Shown here piece after piece: positions 33,201 through 48,200 of a stretch of 64,000 nt of DNA. The translations under genes were made by a program, and so were the position numbers. The stretch comes from Mobula hypostoma (taxonomy: Eukaryota), in the NCBI RefSeq assembly GCF_963921235.1, contig NC_086109.1, positions 9,116,001-9,180,000 on the forward strand, given 5' to 3'. Position 1 is the stretch's first letter; each line of letters opens with the position of its first letter. The notes below the pieces were generated by a model. That model had not been told where the DNA came from, ran no database searches, and saw only the letters and a program-made list of their open reading frames with translations.

Positions 33201-36200
33201 TTGAGATGATGGTGAGGAAGGCAAATGCAATGTTAGCATTCATTTCGAGAGGACTAGAATATAAAAGCAAGGATATGAGACAAGCTTCACTTATTGTGAG
33301 CAGTTTTGTACCACTTATTCAAGAAAGGGTGTGCTGACATTGGAGAGGGTTCAGAAGAATGATTCCAAACTGAAAGGCTTATTGTATGAGGCTAGGATTT
33401 AGAAGGATGAGGGGGGAATCACATTGAAACCCATCGAATGTTGAAAGGACTAGATAGAGTGGATGTGGAGAGGATGTTTCCTATAGTGGGGGAGTCTAGG
33501 ACCAGAGGATACAGTCTCAGAATACAAGGACATTCCTTTAGGTGAGGAGGAATTTCTTTAGCCAGAGGGTGGTGAATCTGTGGAATTCATAGTCATAGTC
33601 ATACTTTATTGATCCCTGAGGACATTGGTTCTCGTTACAGTTGCACCATAAATAATAAATATTAATAAAACCATAAATAGTTAAATAGTAATATGTAAAT
33701 TATGCCAGTAAATTATGAAATAAGTCCAGGACCAGCCTATTGGCTCAGGGTGTCTGACCCTCCAAGGGGGGAGTTGTAAAGTTTGATGGCCACGGGCAGG
33801 AATGACTTCCTATGACGCTCTGTGCTGCATCTCGGAGGAATGAGTCTCTGGCTGAATGTACTCCTGTGCCCAACCAGTACATTATGTAGTGGATGGGAGA
33901 CGTTGTCCAAGATGGCATGCAACTTGGACAGCATCCTCTTTTCAGACACCACAGTCAGAGAGTCCAGTTCCATCCCCACAACATCACTGGCCTTACGAAT
34001 GAGTTTGTTGATTCTGTTGGTGTCTGCTACCCTCAGCCTGCTGCCCCAGCACACAACAGCAAACATGATAGCACTGGCCACCACAGACTCGTAGAACATC
34101 CTCAGCATCGTCCGTTCATTGCCGCACACAGCTGTGGTGGCCAAGTCATTGGGTATATTTAAAATGAGGTGGATAGGATCTTAGATTAGTAAGGACGTCA
34201 AATGTTACAAGGAGAAGGCAGGAGAATGGGGTTGAGAGGGATAATAAATCAGCCATGGTGGAATGGCTAAGCAGACTCAATGGGCTGAATGGCCTAATTC
34301 TGCTCCCCCGTCTTATGATCTTATGGGTGGTGGAAGGCGCTATAGAAATGCAAGCTCCGTGGCGGTAGAAATTGTGGATGGGGAAGGTGATTAGGTGAGT
34401 CAGAATGAGTAACCACAGGCATTTTCTGGAAAGTACACACGCAGCCACGGGGCACAGGTAGCGGAGGGTATGAATAGTTAGCGTGTCGGATGGAAAGCCA
34501 GTCGAGTGGGCTGCTTTCTGCTGGATGACGTCGAGTGCCTGGAGTGTCTTTAAGAGCTGCACTACGCACGCAAGTGGAAAGAATTGCCATGTGGGGGATG
34601 AGGAGTGCCTTGCCTCTGTATTCTTCACGGTCTACTTATTCCATTAATCTGTTACTCTTTCAGAAACCGAGATCTGATTAAACTGAAAGTTTACAAAGCT
34701 CGGTAAACAACAGCTTCACCTGACAGCACATTGAATGGGTAGACTGTGATTACAATCAAAGACAAAATCTACGCCTAGTCAGACAGTAAGATGAGGCCTG
34801 ACCAACATTAAGGACTGTAAATCTTTAGTAGTAGGTGCACACACAAAATGCTGCTGGCAATCAGCAGGTCAGGCTGCATCTATGGAGGTGTTTCAGGCCT
34901 GAGAACCTTCATCAGGCCTTAGCCCAAAACGACGACTGTTTATTCCTCTCCATAGATGCTGCCCGATCTGCTGAGTTCCTCCAGCATTCAAAGCACATTT
35001 ATAATCTAAGTATGTATGCAGTATACAACCCTGAGATTCATCTTGTCCACAGACAGCCACGAAACAAAGAAAATCATGGAACCCATTCAAAGAAAAACAT
35101 CAACCCCCTCTTCGCAAAAAGAATCATGCAAGTGGCAACAAGAAAGAATGAGCAAAACCACAAAATCGAAAGAGTCCATAATTCAGTCATTTTAGCCCCC
35201 CGAGACACAGAAACAGAATTAGGGCCACTGAGTTTGCTCTGCCATTTAATCATGGCTGATCCATTTGCCTCTCAACCCTGTCCTCCTGCCTTCTCCCTGC
35301 AATGTTTCACACCCTGACATTCAGATCAAGATCTATCAGCCTCTGCTTTAAATACACCCAATGGACTGGCCTCCACAGCCGCCTGTGTAAACACATTCCA
35401 CAGATTCACCGCTCACAGATTCACCGCTCTCTGGCTAAAGAAATTCTTCCTCATCTCCATTTTAAATGAAAGTGCCTCTATTCTGAGGCTGTACCCTTGG
35501 TCCTAGACTCTCCCACTAGAGGAAACGTACTTTGTGTGTGTTGCTCTGGATTTCCAGCATCTGCAGAATCCCTTGTGTTCAGTAATGTGAATGTAGCCCC
35601 CCTGGCTACCCTCAGGGTCGCTCGTCTCGCTGTCGTCTAGGGAAACAGCCCTCGGCCCTGCCAAACTGGGTAATTAATTTGTGTGGATGCTGTGTGATGT
35701 ACCCCACCCCGCCCTAATAACAGAGAATACACCAGATACAATTAAATGATTTACAGTTTATAGATATTACTGGAACTATATAATTAATAGAGAATAAAAT
35801 AAAAGGCGCCACACTTATCAAAGTTCAGTATCCTTGTGCACAAACCGTTGGAGCTCAAGGACCTTCTTCTTCACCCTGCGACCCCTCGGACCACCTCGAC
35901 CGGCCGCCTGGGACCAACAACAGTGGTCGACCAGACGCTCCACACGAGTCCGTCTCCGTCTCCTCTCCTCACCCTGGACCTCGGACTCCTGCTCGAGGTC
36001 TTACCCCGTTAGTGGACTCACAGCATCTGGTCTATCCTCTGTCTCTCTCTCCCGCCTTCTCCCCAAAAACCCTGCGCATACAATATCTTACAGACACACC
36101 AAAAGCATAACAACTATCCCAATTGGTTCATTCGTCCTCTTATCAATAGATAATCCAAAACAAACTGCTAGCGGGAGGACTTCCTCAGCAGTTAACATAA

Positions 36201-39200
36201 CAAAGAAGCCCTTTTAATTAGACTATGCAGTGACATATAAAAAAGAAACCTCTTACATGAATATGAAGTGTATTAATGTAAGTCATGGATATTGTACAAG
36301 TAATGAATTAAATTTTATCTTCTGCAAGAAATATATGCAACTATATAGTGAAGGGAAATTTAAAATTAACTAATGATGCTAGAGCAGTATCCATCATCAG
36401 AGACCCCCACCATCCAGGCCATGCTCTCTCCTCACTCCTTCCATCAGGAAGAAGGCAACAAGAGCCTCAGGACTTGCACCACCAGCTTTAAGAGCAGTTT
36501 CTACCCCTCAACCATCGGGCTCTTGAACATAAGAGGATAACTACACTCACCCATTGAGATGTTCCCACAACCAATGATCTCACTTTAATGACTCTTTATC
36601 TTACTTCATGTCTCGGTATTTATTACTATTTATTTATATTTGCATGTACATATAATTTGTTGTCTTCTGCACTCTACTTGATCTTTCATCGATCCTGTTT
36701 ACAGTTACTATTCTATAGATTTGCTGAGTATGCCCGTAGGAAAATGAAACTCAGGGTTGTATATGGTGACATATCGGTACTTTGATAATAAACTTTACTT
36801 TGAACTTTGAGTGATAGTTTCTTTACACAGAGGGCAGTGAGCTGGAATGAGCTGCCAGAGGAAGTGGTCAAGGTGGGTACAATTGGAACACGTTAGAGGC
36901 TTTTGGGTAGGTTCATAGAGGGTAGGGGCTTGGAGGGATATGGGCTGAATGTGGGCAACTGGGACCAGCAGGGAGGATGCTGTGGCTGGCATGCAGAAGT
37001 TGGGCTGAAGGGCCTGTTTCCATAGAGTATTACTCTGTGGACTCTGACTCAGTTATGTCTTTGTACCAAATTGCTCATTCTAGATGTTAAAACTGGATTA
37101 ATTAATAGTTTAAATTTACTAGCAGCTGTAATAGGATTTGATCAATACTTAATACTTCTGGATCCTAGCTCAGTAATCTATTACACGACCATATGCCAGA
37201 GGGGGTGTCTTCTCTCCCTTCTCCTATTTTCTCTATACCATAAGGCATAGGGGCAGTCATAGGAGGGAGGAGAAGATGGCGACGCGACGCAGCGCGCAGC
37301 GGCCACTCCGGTGAATGGTATCTGTTATCTGTCAAGTAGGTGCCGTGCACAATCCTGATTTGATGGAGACAGACGTGACAGTACGGAGGGACATCTGGTG
37401 AAACTTCTGAAATGCCTGCTTTGCTGCTGCTGCTACTGTGTGGTCCAGAATCTCCGGAGGGGAAGGCCCCGAGTCCTCGGCTTTGCTTGTTGCTCGGCGG
37501 CCGGGGCGGGGTCGAAGTGCTCGGCAGAGATGGTGCTCGGTGTCGGAGGCTCGAAGTTTTTGGACGGACTCAGAGTCGGCTGCGGTCGGGTGCTTCCAAT
37601 GCATCGGCAAGTTTGCGGCGCTTGGAGGTTCATGGCAGGGAGAGTTTCTCTCTTCTACCGTCTGCGTGAGATGATGGGGCTATCGGGACTTGAGACTTTT
37701 TTTACCGTGCCCATGGTCTGCTCTTTATCAAATTACAGTATTGCTTTGCACTGCTGTAACTATATGTAATTATGTGGTTTTGTCAGTTTTAGTCTTGGTC
37801 TGTCCTGTGTTTCTGTGATATCTTTCTGGAGGAACATTGTATCGTTTTTTAATGCATGCATTTCTAAATGACAATAAAGGAGGACTGAGTGTCCTCATAA
37901 TCTAATCTAACCCATCAAGTCTGCTCTGCTATTCCATCACGGCTGATTTATTTTCCCTCTCAACCCCATTTCCCTGCCTTCTCCCATGACCTTTGATGCC
38001 CTGTTTAATTAGGGACCAATGAGGTCTCCATTGATTCATCCATTAAAATACGTCCTCTCCATCCCTCTCTATTAACCCATCACTGCACTGTAAACACTTT
38101 AAACTACCTTTATAATGCTGGTTACATTGTAAATACATGCTGGTATTTATGTATTTATGCACATTTTATTCCATTTCTTTATGTTTTATTTAATATAATT
38201 CTTCATTCTTTATAATTGTTAAATGTTTTTTTTGAAAGTTGCACCAACACACTACAGAAAATTCTTAATATACAGAATATAAATGAATATGGTGAATAAG
38301 ATGATCTTGGATTAACCTTATTACCTGTGCTCTGGCTGGTTGCTGAGAATTCCAGCTGGCTTCTTCCAGTTTTCTGCCCCGTCATCTTGTCTCGCGAGCT
38401 CTGCGGTGAACTTCCTGTCTTTCCCTGCTGATCCTGTGTGTGATTTTCCGTCCCACTTTGAGTGTCCGAGCACTGGCTGTGTTTGTTCCGCGTGGTGTTG
38501 ATGGAGCCTTCCGACACGTCCCCAGGCCGGCTCACCTGCTGAGAGCAGTAAGTGTCTGGCTGCCGCCTGAACGGCGGGCTCTGGTCGAGAGAAGGAAGTT
38601 CTGTGGCCCCAGCCTGCTTGTCAACAGACCAGTCATCCTGCCCTTTAGTTACAATGGCAGTATGGTCAATAACTTTCATGGCATTCTCCAGTCCACCTTT
38701 AAGCCAACTGAAGTTGCAGGACATTACCGATGGGCTACTTCCATTTAGTAGTTCCTGATTCTGGTTCAATATTCCGACTGGACGCCCCCTCTCTTCCGGC
38801 ATGCAGTTCGAGTGCAACGCCTCTACCCTCTCTTCTCCACCCCGAGATTCAGCCATCTTGTAGCTGGTCTGCCATTGTTGGATCTGGACAGGACTCCTGC
38901 ACCGGCTGTTGAGAGCCAAGACAAGGTCACCGTTACCACTGGGGACGTCCCCCCATTGGAGGCGGGGCTCTGCGCGGTCCGCGGGCAGTGTCCCGGCGGT
39001 CTGGCGGCAGTGAGGGTTCTCGGGCGAGGAGCTGCCGGAAGCACCAGTGGCCGCGCGGTCCCCTCCAAGACCGAAGATGCAGCTCGATTCCTGGGACTGC
39101 GTCGACTGAACCGCGGAATCCGAGGAATCGGAGCCGGCAGGCTCCTCCGCTTGGCTGCACAGGATCGAGCAGAAGACCTGGCCCTGCCTGTAGGTGAAGG

Positions 39201-42200
39201 CGCATCCCAAGAGAGGCTTCTGGCACTGAGAACAACAGAAACAAGAGCTGGTTGCATGCCAGTGGTGCCCACTGTAGGTGATTTGTCCATAGTCAATACC
39301 TGTTGATAGATTGTTAGTATACTATTACACCGTGGAACAATATGGAATATTTAACAAAGCACAACCATACAGTGAGCAGATAGAACCCAAAAAAATGTCA
39401 CCATGGTAACAAAGCCACACCTTCCCATCGGACAGAAGATACAAAAACATGAAGGCATGTACCACCAGCCGCAATCCTGCTGTTAAGAGATTAGAGTCTC
39501 TCCTCCATTAAGTTTAGAGAGAATAAGAAGTCGGACATTTGATACATCCTTTAAATTTGAGCAAATCTGGTGACCTTTTTTTCCAATATTTTCATTAAAT
39601 TTGATTTATTACTCTTTCAATCTTTTTTTCAAAGTTTTAGATTTGATCAGAAAGTCTTTCTTTCTTTTTTTTTGGTCCTATCCTCAACATGGACTTCCCA
39701 GTCCCTTTTTTTCTGTTTTTTTTTCTACAGTGTATTGGGTTTTTTTCTTTTCATTTAAAACACAATGTTTTTCCCTTTCTCTTCACAAACTGGTAAGAGG
39801 AGAATTGTTATTTTCATTTTTTAAAATTGTATATTTTGTACTAGTTTACCAATATCTATGATTTTGACAATGCCTATCTTAATCTCTGTTTATATTGTTA
39901 CTGATACATATATTTGAAATATGCTCCTTTTAAATCAATGAAAAGATTAATAAAGAAAGATTGGAGTCATAGAAAAGCACAACACAAAAACAGGCCCTTC
40001 AGCCCATCTAGTCCATGCCAAACCATTTAAACTGTGTAGTCCCATCAACCTGCACCTGACCATAGCCCTCCATGCCCCTCCCATCCTTGTACCTATCTCC
40101 TAAATGTTGAAATCGAGATCGCGTGCACCACTCGTTCCACACTCGAGTGAAGAAGTTTCCCCTCATGTTCCCCTTAGACATTTCACCTTTCACCCTTAAC
40201 CCATGACCCCTAGTTGTAGTCTCACCCAACCTCAATGGAAGAAGCCTGCTTGCACTTACCCTGTCTATATCCCTCCTAATTTTGCATACCACTATCAAAT
40301 CTCCCCTCATTCTCCTACATTTTAGAGAATAAAGTTCTAATCTATTTAATCCTTTGTTATAATTTAGATCCTCCAGTCATGGCAAAATCCTTGTAAATTT
40401 TCTCAGTACTCTTTCAATCTTATTTACATCTTTCCAGTATGTCAGTGACCAAAACTGCACCCAATACTCCAAATTAGGACGAATCCCTTGGACTATAAAG
40501 CCAAACCCTTGATCTCTCTGTCTATCTCGTTGTGTTTCTGCACTGCCCTTCCTCTGTAACTCTAGTGCTATATCTGCATCCTCCATCACCATCCGATAAA
40601 AGGAGAACTTCACGGTGGTTAAACACTTCAATTCTGACTCCCATTCCCATTGACATACCGGTCCATGGCCTCCTCTTGTGCCATGACGAGGCCACCCTCA
40701 GGGTGGAGGAGCAACACCTCATATTCTGTCTGGGTACCTTCCAACCTGATGGCATGAATATCGATTTCTCCTTCTGGGAAAAAAAAATGTTCCCTTTCCC
40801 TTCCCCTTTCTACTGCCCACTCTGGCCTCCATCTTTTCATCTGTCCACTCCTCCTTCCCTTTCTCCTGTGGTCCACTCTCCTCTCCTATTAGATTCTTTC
40901 TTCTCCAGCCCTCGGCCTTTCCCACCCTCCTGGCTTCACCTGTCACCTTCCAGTTAACCTCTTCCCCCTCCCCCACTATTTTATTCTGGCATCTTTCCCC
41001 TTCCTTTTCAGTCCTCACCTAAAACGTCAACTGTGTTTCATTTCCATAGATGCTGCCTGACCTGCTGAGTCCCTCCAGCATTTTGTGTCTGTTATAGTCT
41101 ACATTCTGTTATTGTTTCCCCTTCCAGCGTAACACTGTTACAGCAGCAGCGATGCAGGTTCAATTCCCACCACGGTCTGTAAGGAGTTTGACTCCAGTTT
41201 CCTCCCAAATGCCAACAATGTACAGGTAGGTAGGTTAATGGGTCACATAGACAGGCAGGGCCTGTTACCATGCTGCATCTCTTAAAAATAAAATAAAATT
41301 TTGTACCAGCTGCATGAAAGGATCTGATTGGATGGCATGCAAACAAGAGCGATTCACTGTATTGTGCCTGTGACGTTAAAAAAAACAAATTCTAATTACA
41401 TGCTTATGGCTATAATTGACTGGCTTGGTTTTACAGTTAGATACGTGCGCACACCATCTCAGAATGGAATGAAAACAGAGAGATTCTGGAAGCACTCAGA
41501 AAATCAGCTGTGATGAAAGATAAACATGAGGTTTTGCCGATGCTGGAAATCCAGAGTAAAACACACAAAATTCTGGAGGAACCCAGCAGGTCAGGCAGCA
41601 TCTATGGAGATGAATGACTAGTCGACATTTCAAGTCGAGACACTTCATCGGGACTGAGAAGGAAGGGGGAAGACGCCAGAATAAAAAGGAGGGGGGAGGG
41701 GAAGGAGGTTAGCTGGATAAAAATGATGCTTTGAAAATATTCCCTTCTTTACTTAGGCCTGGTTTACTAGAAGCAGATTGATTATGACCAGCTGAACGTT
41801 AGTTACTTGGTAAAAACAGGCATTTTCAATCACTCTCTAATACCGCCTGTGGGTACTCCCTAAATAAGTCTTGCAATGAGTATTAATTGTGTGGGTTGGA
41901 GAAGTTGCATTCTTCATGATCGGAAAGGAGAGTGGACTGTGGGAGAAAGGGAAGGATGTGATGAGCAGGCAAGAAGAGGAGGGGTGAGAAGGTAACCAGA
42001 ATGAGGAATGGAAAAAGCGAGAAGGGGAGGGTGAGAAATTACCCAATGCTGCCTGAGTATCTCCAGCATTTTCTCTCTTTAATTCAGATTTGCATCATCT
42101 GCAGTGTTTTGCTTTGGGCTGCCTACGAACGACCTTGCTAGGAAGCCCAGAATTCTACCTGCCCTGTCACTACTCAGGTCATGATGCAAGAGGTCGGAAG

Positions 42201-45200
42201 TTCAAAATCCAAAGAGATTCCTGAAACTTGTTGGATTAATTACCCGCTTCTTCGTTTCTGTAGTGTATCATGTTTTGCCTCGGTGTCTGATTTCACAGCC
42301 CGGTATAAATGGTGTGAATTGTTGTCGGTCTCAGATTAAAGGCAAGTCTGTAATTATGATGCCCAGCAATCACTATTCAAATAAAATTATCAGCTTTAAC
42401 AGACAAAAAGAACAGAGATGCAGCGAGAAGTTGGGAGTTTCAGTCAGAGTTTGATTTTCCACCTATTACCCTCGTCACTGCACTGTAAATACTTCAAACC
42501 ACTTTTTACATTGTGAATAGATGCTGGTATCTATGTATTTATGCACATTTTATTCCAGATCCGTGATTTAACCCTTTTTTCTGTTGCGTGTTACACCCTG
42601 ACCGACACACTGCAGTAAATTCCTATTACATGTAAATGTATATGGTGAATAACGTCAATCCTTGATCCTTAATGAATTGAAATTCCAATCCACATTCTTA
42701 AGATAGCTGGGACAGTTTTTTTAACAAATGTCACCATAAACTTAGTGGCCACTTTATTAGGTACACCTGCTTGTTAATACGAATATCTAATCAGCTACTC
42801 ATGTGGCAGCAACACAGTGCATAAAAGCAGACAGACATGGTCAAGAGGTTCAGTTGTTGTTCAGACCAAACATCAGAATGGGGAAGAAATGACTTTGACT
42901 GTGGAATGACTGTTGGTGCCAGATGGGGTGATTTGAGTACCTCAGCAACTGCTGATTTATGCTTTATTGTTGCCAAACAATTGGTACTAGAATGTACAAT
43001 CATCACAGCGATATTTGATTCTGCGCTTCCCGCTCCCTGGATTACAAATGTTAAATATTAAAAATTTAAATTATAAATCATAAATAGAAAATAGACAAAT
43101 GGGAAGTAAGGTAGTTCCAAAAAACCCAGAGGCAGGTCTGGATATTTGGAGGGTACGGCCCAGATCCGGGTTTCAGAGATTTTTACCGAGAATGGTGCAT
43201 AAAACAAAAAAAACATGATATGACCAGCCATTGTGTGGGTGAAAACACATTGTTTTCAAGGTCACAGGTGAGAGGGCAATGGCCAAACTGTTCAAGTTGC
43301 CAGGAAGACGACAGTAACTCAGATAATCATGTGTTACAACAATGGTGTGCAGAAGAGCATCTCTGAAAGCACAACCTTGAAGTGGATGGACTGGCACAGC
43401 AAAAGGCCACACTGGGTTCCACTCCTGTACCCAATAAAAGTGGCCACTGTACACAATTTTGAATTAAAAATGGAATTCAGCTTTTATTATGAATGGGGTG
43501 GTGTGCAGGAATAAGGAAGTATTTTTTACTATGGTATAGGGAGTTCTGAGAGGTCACAGAGAGTACTTGCATGGGTTTGGACGTCAGATTTAAGGAGGGA
43601 TATTCTAACATTATAAATGGTTCAGTGAAGGCTCACTGGGCTGACTCCTGAATGAGAAGGCTCTCTTATGAAGAAAAAGTGAACATAATTGAGTTTAAAG
43701 GCAAGAGAGGTCATCTTATTGGAGGACAAGATGTGAGGGAGCTTGGCAGGGTGAATGGTGAGAGGATCTTTCCCATGGTTGGGCTGTTTTGAGCCAGAGG
43801 GCATGGTTCCAGGATAAAGAAGTGTTATGAAAGCTACAAGCCTTTGGACTGCAATACCCTACAAAGGACAATAAAAACCACTGAGGTAATCTCCCTCCAC
43901 CACCCCCTCCCCCACCATTTGTGACATACACTGGGAGCATTGCAGACAAAGAGCCCAAAGCATTGTTGAGGATCCCTACCACCCATCCCACAATCTCTTT
44001 CACCCACGACCATCAGGAAGGAGGTACAGGAGCATCAGGACTAGGACTGCCAGACTGGGTAACAGCTTCTTCCCTCAGGCTGTGAGCTTCACACTACGTG
44101 CATTTTAAATTATATTTTATTAACTTATTTATGGTAATATATTGGTTTATGTGCGTGTGTGATATATGTTTTGCTGGTGCACTGTGGTCCAGAGGAACAT
44201 TGTTTCGTTTGGTTGTATACAGGTACAGTCAGATGACAGTAAACTTGAACTTGATAGCGATATCTGATTCTTTGGAACTCAAAGTGCTCTGGATGTTCAG
44301 TATATTCTCGGCAAAGTTAGAATATTAGATTGCATGGAAATCAAAGGTCACGGGGTCGATGGGAGTGGAGCTCATTCAAAGATCCGACAAGTCATCATCT
44401 GATTGCATCTCAGAGCAGGCTTGAGAGGTGTTATGGCGAGGCGTGTGCCTCCAGCTTGTTTGTTCTGATTAAAAACAGCACAGTAGTGTAGCGACTAGTA
44501 CAATGCTACTGCAGTGCCAGTGACCTGGGTTCAATTCCCACCACTGTCTGTAAGGAGTTTGCATGTTCTCCCCCTGAATGCGTGGGTTTCCTCCCACATT
44601 CCAAAGACGTACAGGTTAGAGTTAGTAAGTTGTGGGCGTGCTCTGTTGGCGCTAGAAGCGCGGCCCTGCTTGTGGGCTGCCCCCAGTGCATCCTCGGACT
44701 GTGTTGGTCATTAATGCAACCGATGCATTTCACTGTAAGTTTCAATAGTTAAAATCTAGTCCTTAATCTTTAACACAAGAGATTCTGCAGATGCTGGAAA
44801 TCCACAATGACACACACAAAATGCTGGAGGAACTCAGCAGGTCAGGCAGCATCTGTGGAGGGGAATAAAACCCTCAATGAGTTGGGGCCAAGACCCTTCA
44901 TCAGGACAGAATCTTTTAAGTTCTTAAAGATCTCCTGGGGCACTTTGGACTTTCCTATCGCTCGTGTATACTCACTGATGATCTCCCTGCAAGTCTCGCA
45001 GTACTCGGCGTACAGCATTTCGAAACAGCTGCAGCAGTACGGCTGTCCCTCCTTCATAATGTACTTCTGTCCTCCAAGAATGGCTTCACATTCAGTACAG
45101 CTGAAGTGGTCCATGTGCCAGTATCTGCCTTCTGCCTCCGTGCACTCTTCCGAAAAGATCAACTGCAACGTCAGGCAGAAGCAAAAAGAAAGGCAACACG

Positions 45201-48200
45201 TTATGATTACAGTACACTTTAAAAAAAATTTAGACATACAGTACAGTAACAAACCCTTCTGGCCTACAGTGCTGCCGCCCCATTACACCCATGCGACCAA
45301 TTAACCTCCTAACCTGTATTGTATGTCTTTGGACTGTGGGAGGAAACCAGAGCACCCGGAGGAAACCCACGTGATCGTGGGGAAAAGGTACAGACGTCTT
45401 TACAGGCAGCAGTGGGAACTCAACTCAGTTTTCCTGCACTTCAATAGTGCTACATTAGCAGGTCACGCCAAACAGCAGACTCAACATTATAAGATCATAA
45501 GATATAGGAGCTGATTTAAGCCATTGGGATCATCGAGTCTTCTGCACCATTTTGTCATGGCTGATTCACTTTCCCTCTCAGCCCCAATCTCCTGCCCTCT
45601 CCCCGTATCCCTTCATGCCCTGACTAATCAAGAACCTATCAACTTCTGCCTTAACTATACCCAATGACTTGGCCTCCACAGCCACCTGCGGCAATAAATT
45701 CCTCGGATTCACCACTCTCTGGCTAAAGAAATTCCTTCTCATCTCCGTTCTAAATGGATGCCCCTCTATTCTGAGGCTGTGTCCTCTGGTCTTTGACTCC
45801 CCCACTATAGGAAACATCCTCTCCGCATCCACTCAGTTCAGGCCTTTCAACATTCAGTAGGTTTCAATGAGGCCACCACTCATTCTTCTAAATTCCAGTG
45901 AGTACAGGGCCAGAGCCATCAAATGCTCCTCATAGGATAAGCCTTTCAATCCCATTGAAAACTGTCGAGTTTGCCAGAGAAATCTAACCTTTAAAAACTG
46001 GAAGTGTTTTGATCGCCGTAACAGAGCAACACAGAACACTGGAAAGAGAAACCTGCATCCTGAGGAGATTCTGCCCCTGACTGAGGGAGACGTCTAGAGA
46101 TCGAAAGGCGAAGGCAAGGGGGCCTGGAGAGTAAATTGGAAAGGGTGGGGGGCACTCACCTGGTCACATGATGCACAGCGGGGTTTAAAGAGGTCAGCGT
46201 GGTGTCGACCACAGTATATCTTGCCATCCTGGTAGAAGTATATGAGGTCGACAAGTAGCTCCTGGCAGGTGATGCAGCCAAAGCAGTGTGGGTGCCAACA
46301 GGTCCGGTTCCCTGCTCTCTGAGCGAAGACGGCCACATCGCCCCCGTTCATCTTCACTCCACACTGAGGAAGCACAAACACACAGTCACTCCTTCATCCC
46401 TCGTGCAAATACTCACCCTCGTTTATCAATCCCCTCTCAACCTTGACCCGAACCCTGGGCTAATGAGTAACATCTTCCATCTCTTCAGCTGTCAGGGTCT
46501 AACTTCTACAATGGCCTCTCTTAGTCCTCTCCTAATCATCCTCAAACTCTCTCCTTACCCTCTTCAAACAACTCTCTCTCCACTCCTTTCTTTCCATCCA
46601 AACTCTCTATCCCTCTCTCTAACTCTCTCCACTCTCCATCCCCCCACCCCCACCTACCCCCTCCATTCCTTCTCACCACCCCTCGATTCCCATATTCCTC
46701 TCCATCTATCTCTGTTTCTCCACCTTTCCCACTGTTGGAGGTGGAGAAGATCCATTATTTTCATTGAATGAGCTAAACCGGACAAATTGTCTTTTATGAT
46801 TTGATTAATGAATTGGACGTTGAAGGCGCAAAGCAGTTGAATTCACGATGAATCCAGCCCTCTGTCACCTGCTGATTCTGGGGGCATTCTTCACTTGTTC
46901 CAGCTGTTCTGCCACATTCTCTCGCTCGCTCTCTCTCTCACACACACACACATACAGACCTGTGACCTCCAGAACTCAGACTGTTGTTGGATAGGTAAGT
47001 ATAACCATGAAGTGAAAGGTTTCCAAGGGAAGGCTGGGGAGTGGAACTAGCCAAATGCTTTGTACTCTATCTGGATGTGAGACCTCATAATCCCTCTGAG
47101 TAGCCTCCAACCTGATGGCATGAACATCGATTTCTGTAACTTCTCGTAAAGTCTCCCCCTCCCTCATCCCTCTTGTTCTATTTCCTTTTCTAGTTCCATT
47201 CACACTCCTTCTCTTTACCTGCCCATCACCTCCCTCCGCCTTCCCTTTCTCCCATGGTTCACACTCCTCTCCTGTCCAGATTCCTTTTTCTTCATCCCTT
47301 TACCTTTTCCACCCATCACCTTCCAACTTCCAACTGCATCTCCCCCAGCCTCCACCCACCTGGTCTTACCTATCACCTGCCAGCTTGTCCTCCTACCTCT
47401 CCCCCATCCTTACTCTGGCTTCTTCCCCCTTTCCAGTTCTGATGAAGGGTCTCGGCCTGAAACATCGACTGTTTATTCCTCTCCACAGATGCTGCCTGAC
47501 CTGCTGAGTTCCTCCAGCGTTTTGTGTGTATTGTGGTGGACAGGCTGCGACTGCTTTCCCTAGAACGGAGGAGGATGAGGGGTGATCTTACAGAGATTTA
47601 TAAAATCATGAGGGTCATATAAAAGGTGGCAAAGGGGGTCCAAAACCAGACAGCACAGGTTTAAGATGAGAGGGGAAACATTTAAAGCGGACTTTAAGAG
47701 GCTGGTGTGTACGCAGAATGAGCTGTCTGGCAGAGGCAGGTAAAATTCCAATGTTTAAAAGGCACATGGACAGGTAAAAGATTAAGAGGGAGATGGACTA
47801 TATACAGGCAACTGGGATTAGGTTAGGTCAGCACCTTGCTGGGCATAGATAACTGGGATAAGGTTAGGTTGGCATCTTGCTGGGCATAGATTAGAACTTG
47901 GACTAGATTAGGTAGGCACCTTGTTGGGTATGGACTAGAACTGGGACTAGGTTATATAGGCACCTTGCTGGGTATTGACTAGAATTTGGATCAGGTTAGG
48001 TAGGCATCTTGCTGGGCATGGACTAGAACTGTGACTGGGTTAGGTAGGCATCTTGCTGGGTACGGACTGGAACTGGGACTAGGTTAGGTAGGCATCTTGC
48101 TGGGCATGGACTAGAACTGTGACTGGGTTAGGTAGGCATCTTGCTGGGTACGGACTGGAACTGTAACTGGGTTAGGTAGGCATCTTGCTGGGTAAGGACT

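Noticed and set aside
38440..39306. Plus-strand ORFs overlapping prickle exon 6
   Set aside because: Antisense shadows of a GC-rich coding exon
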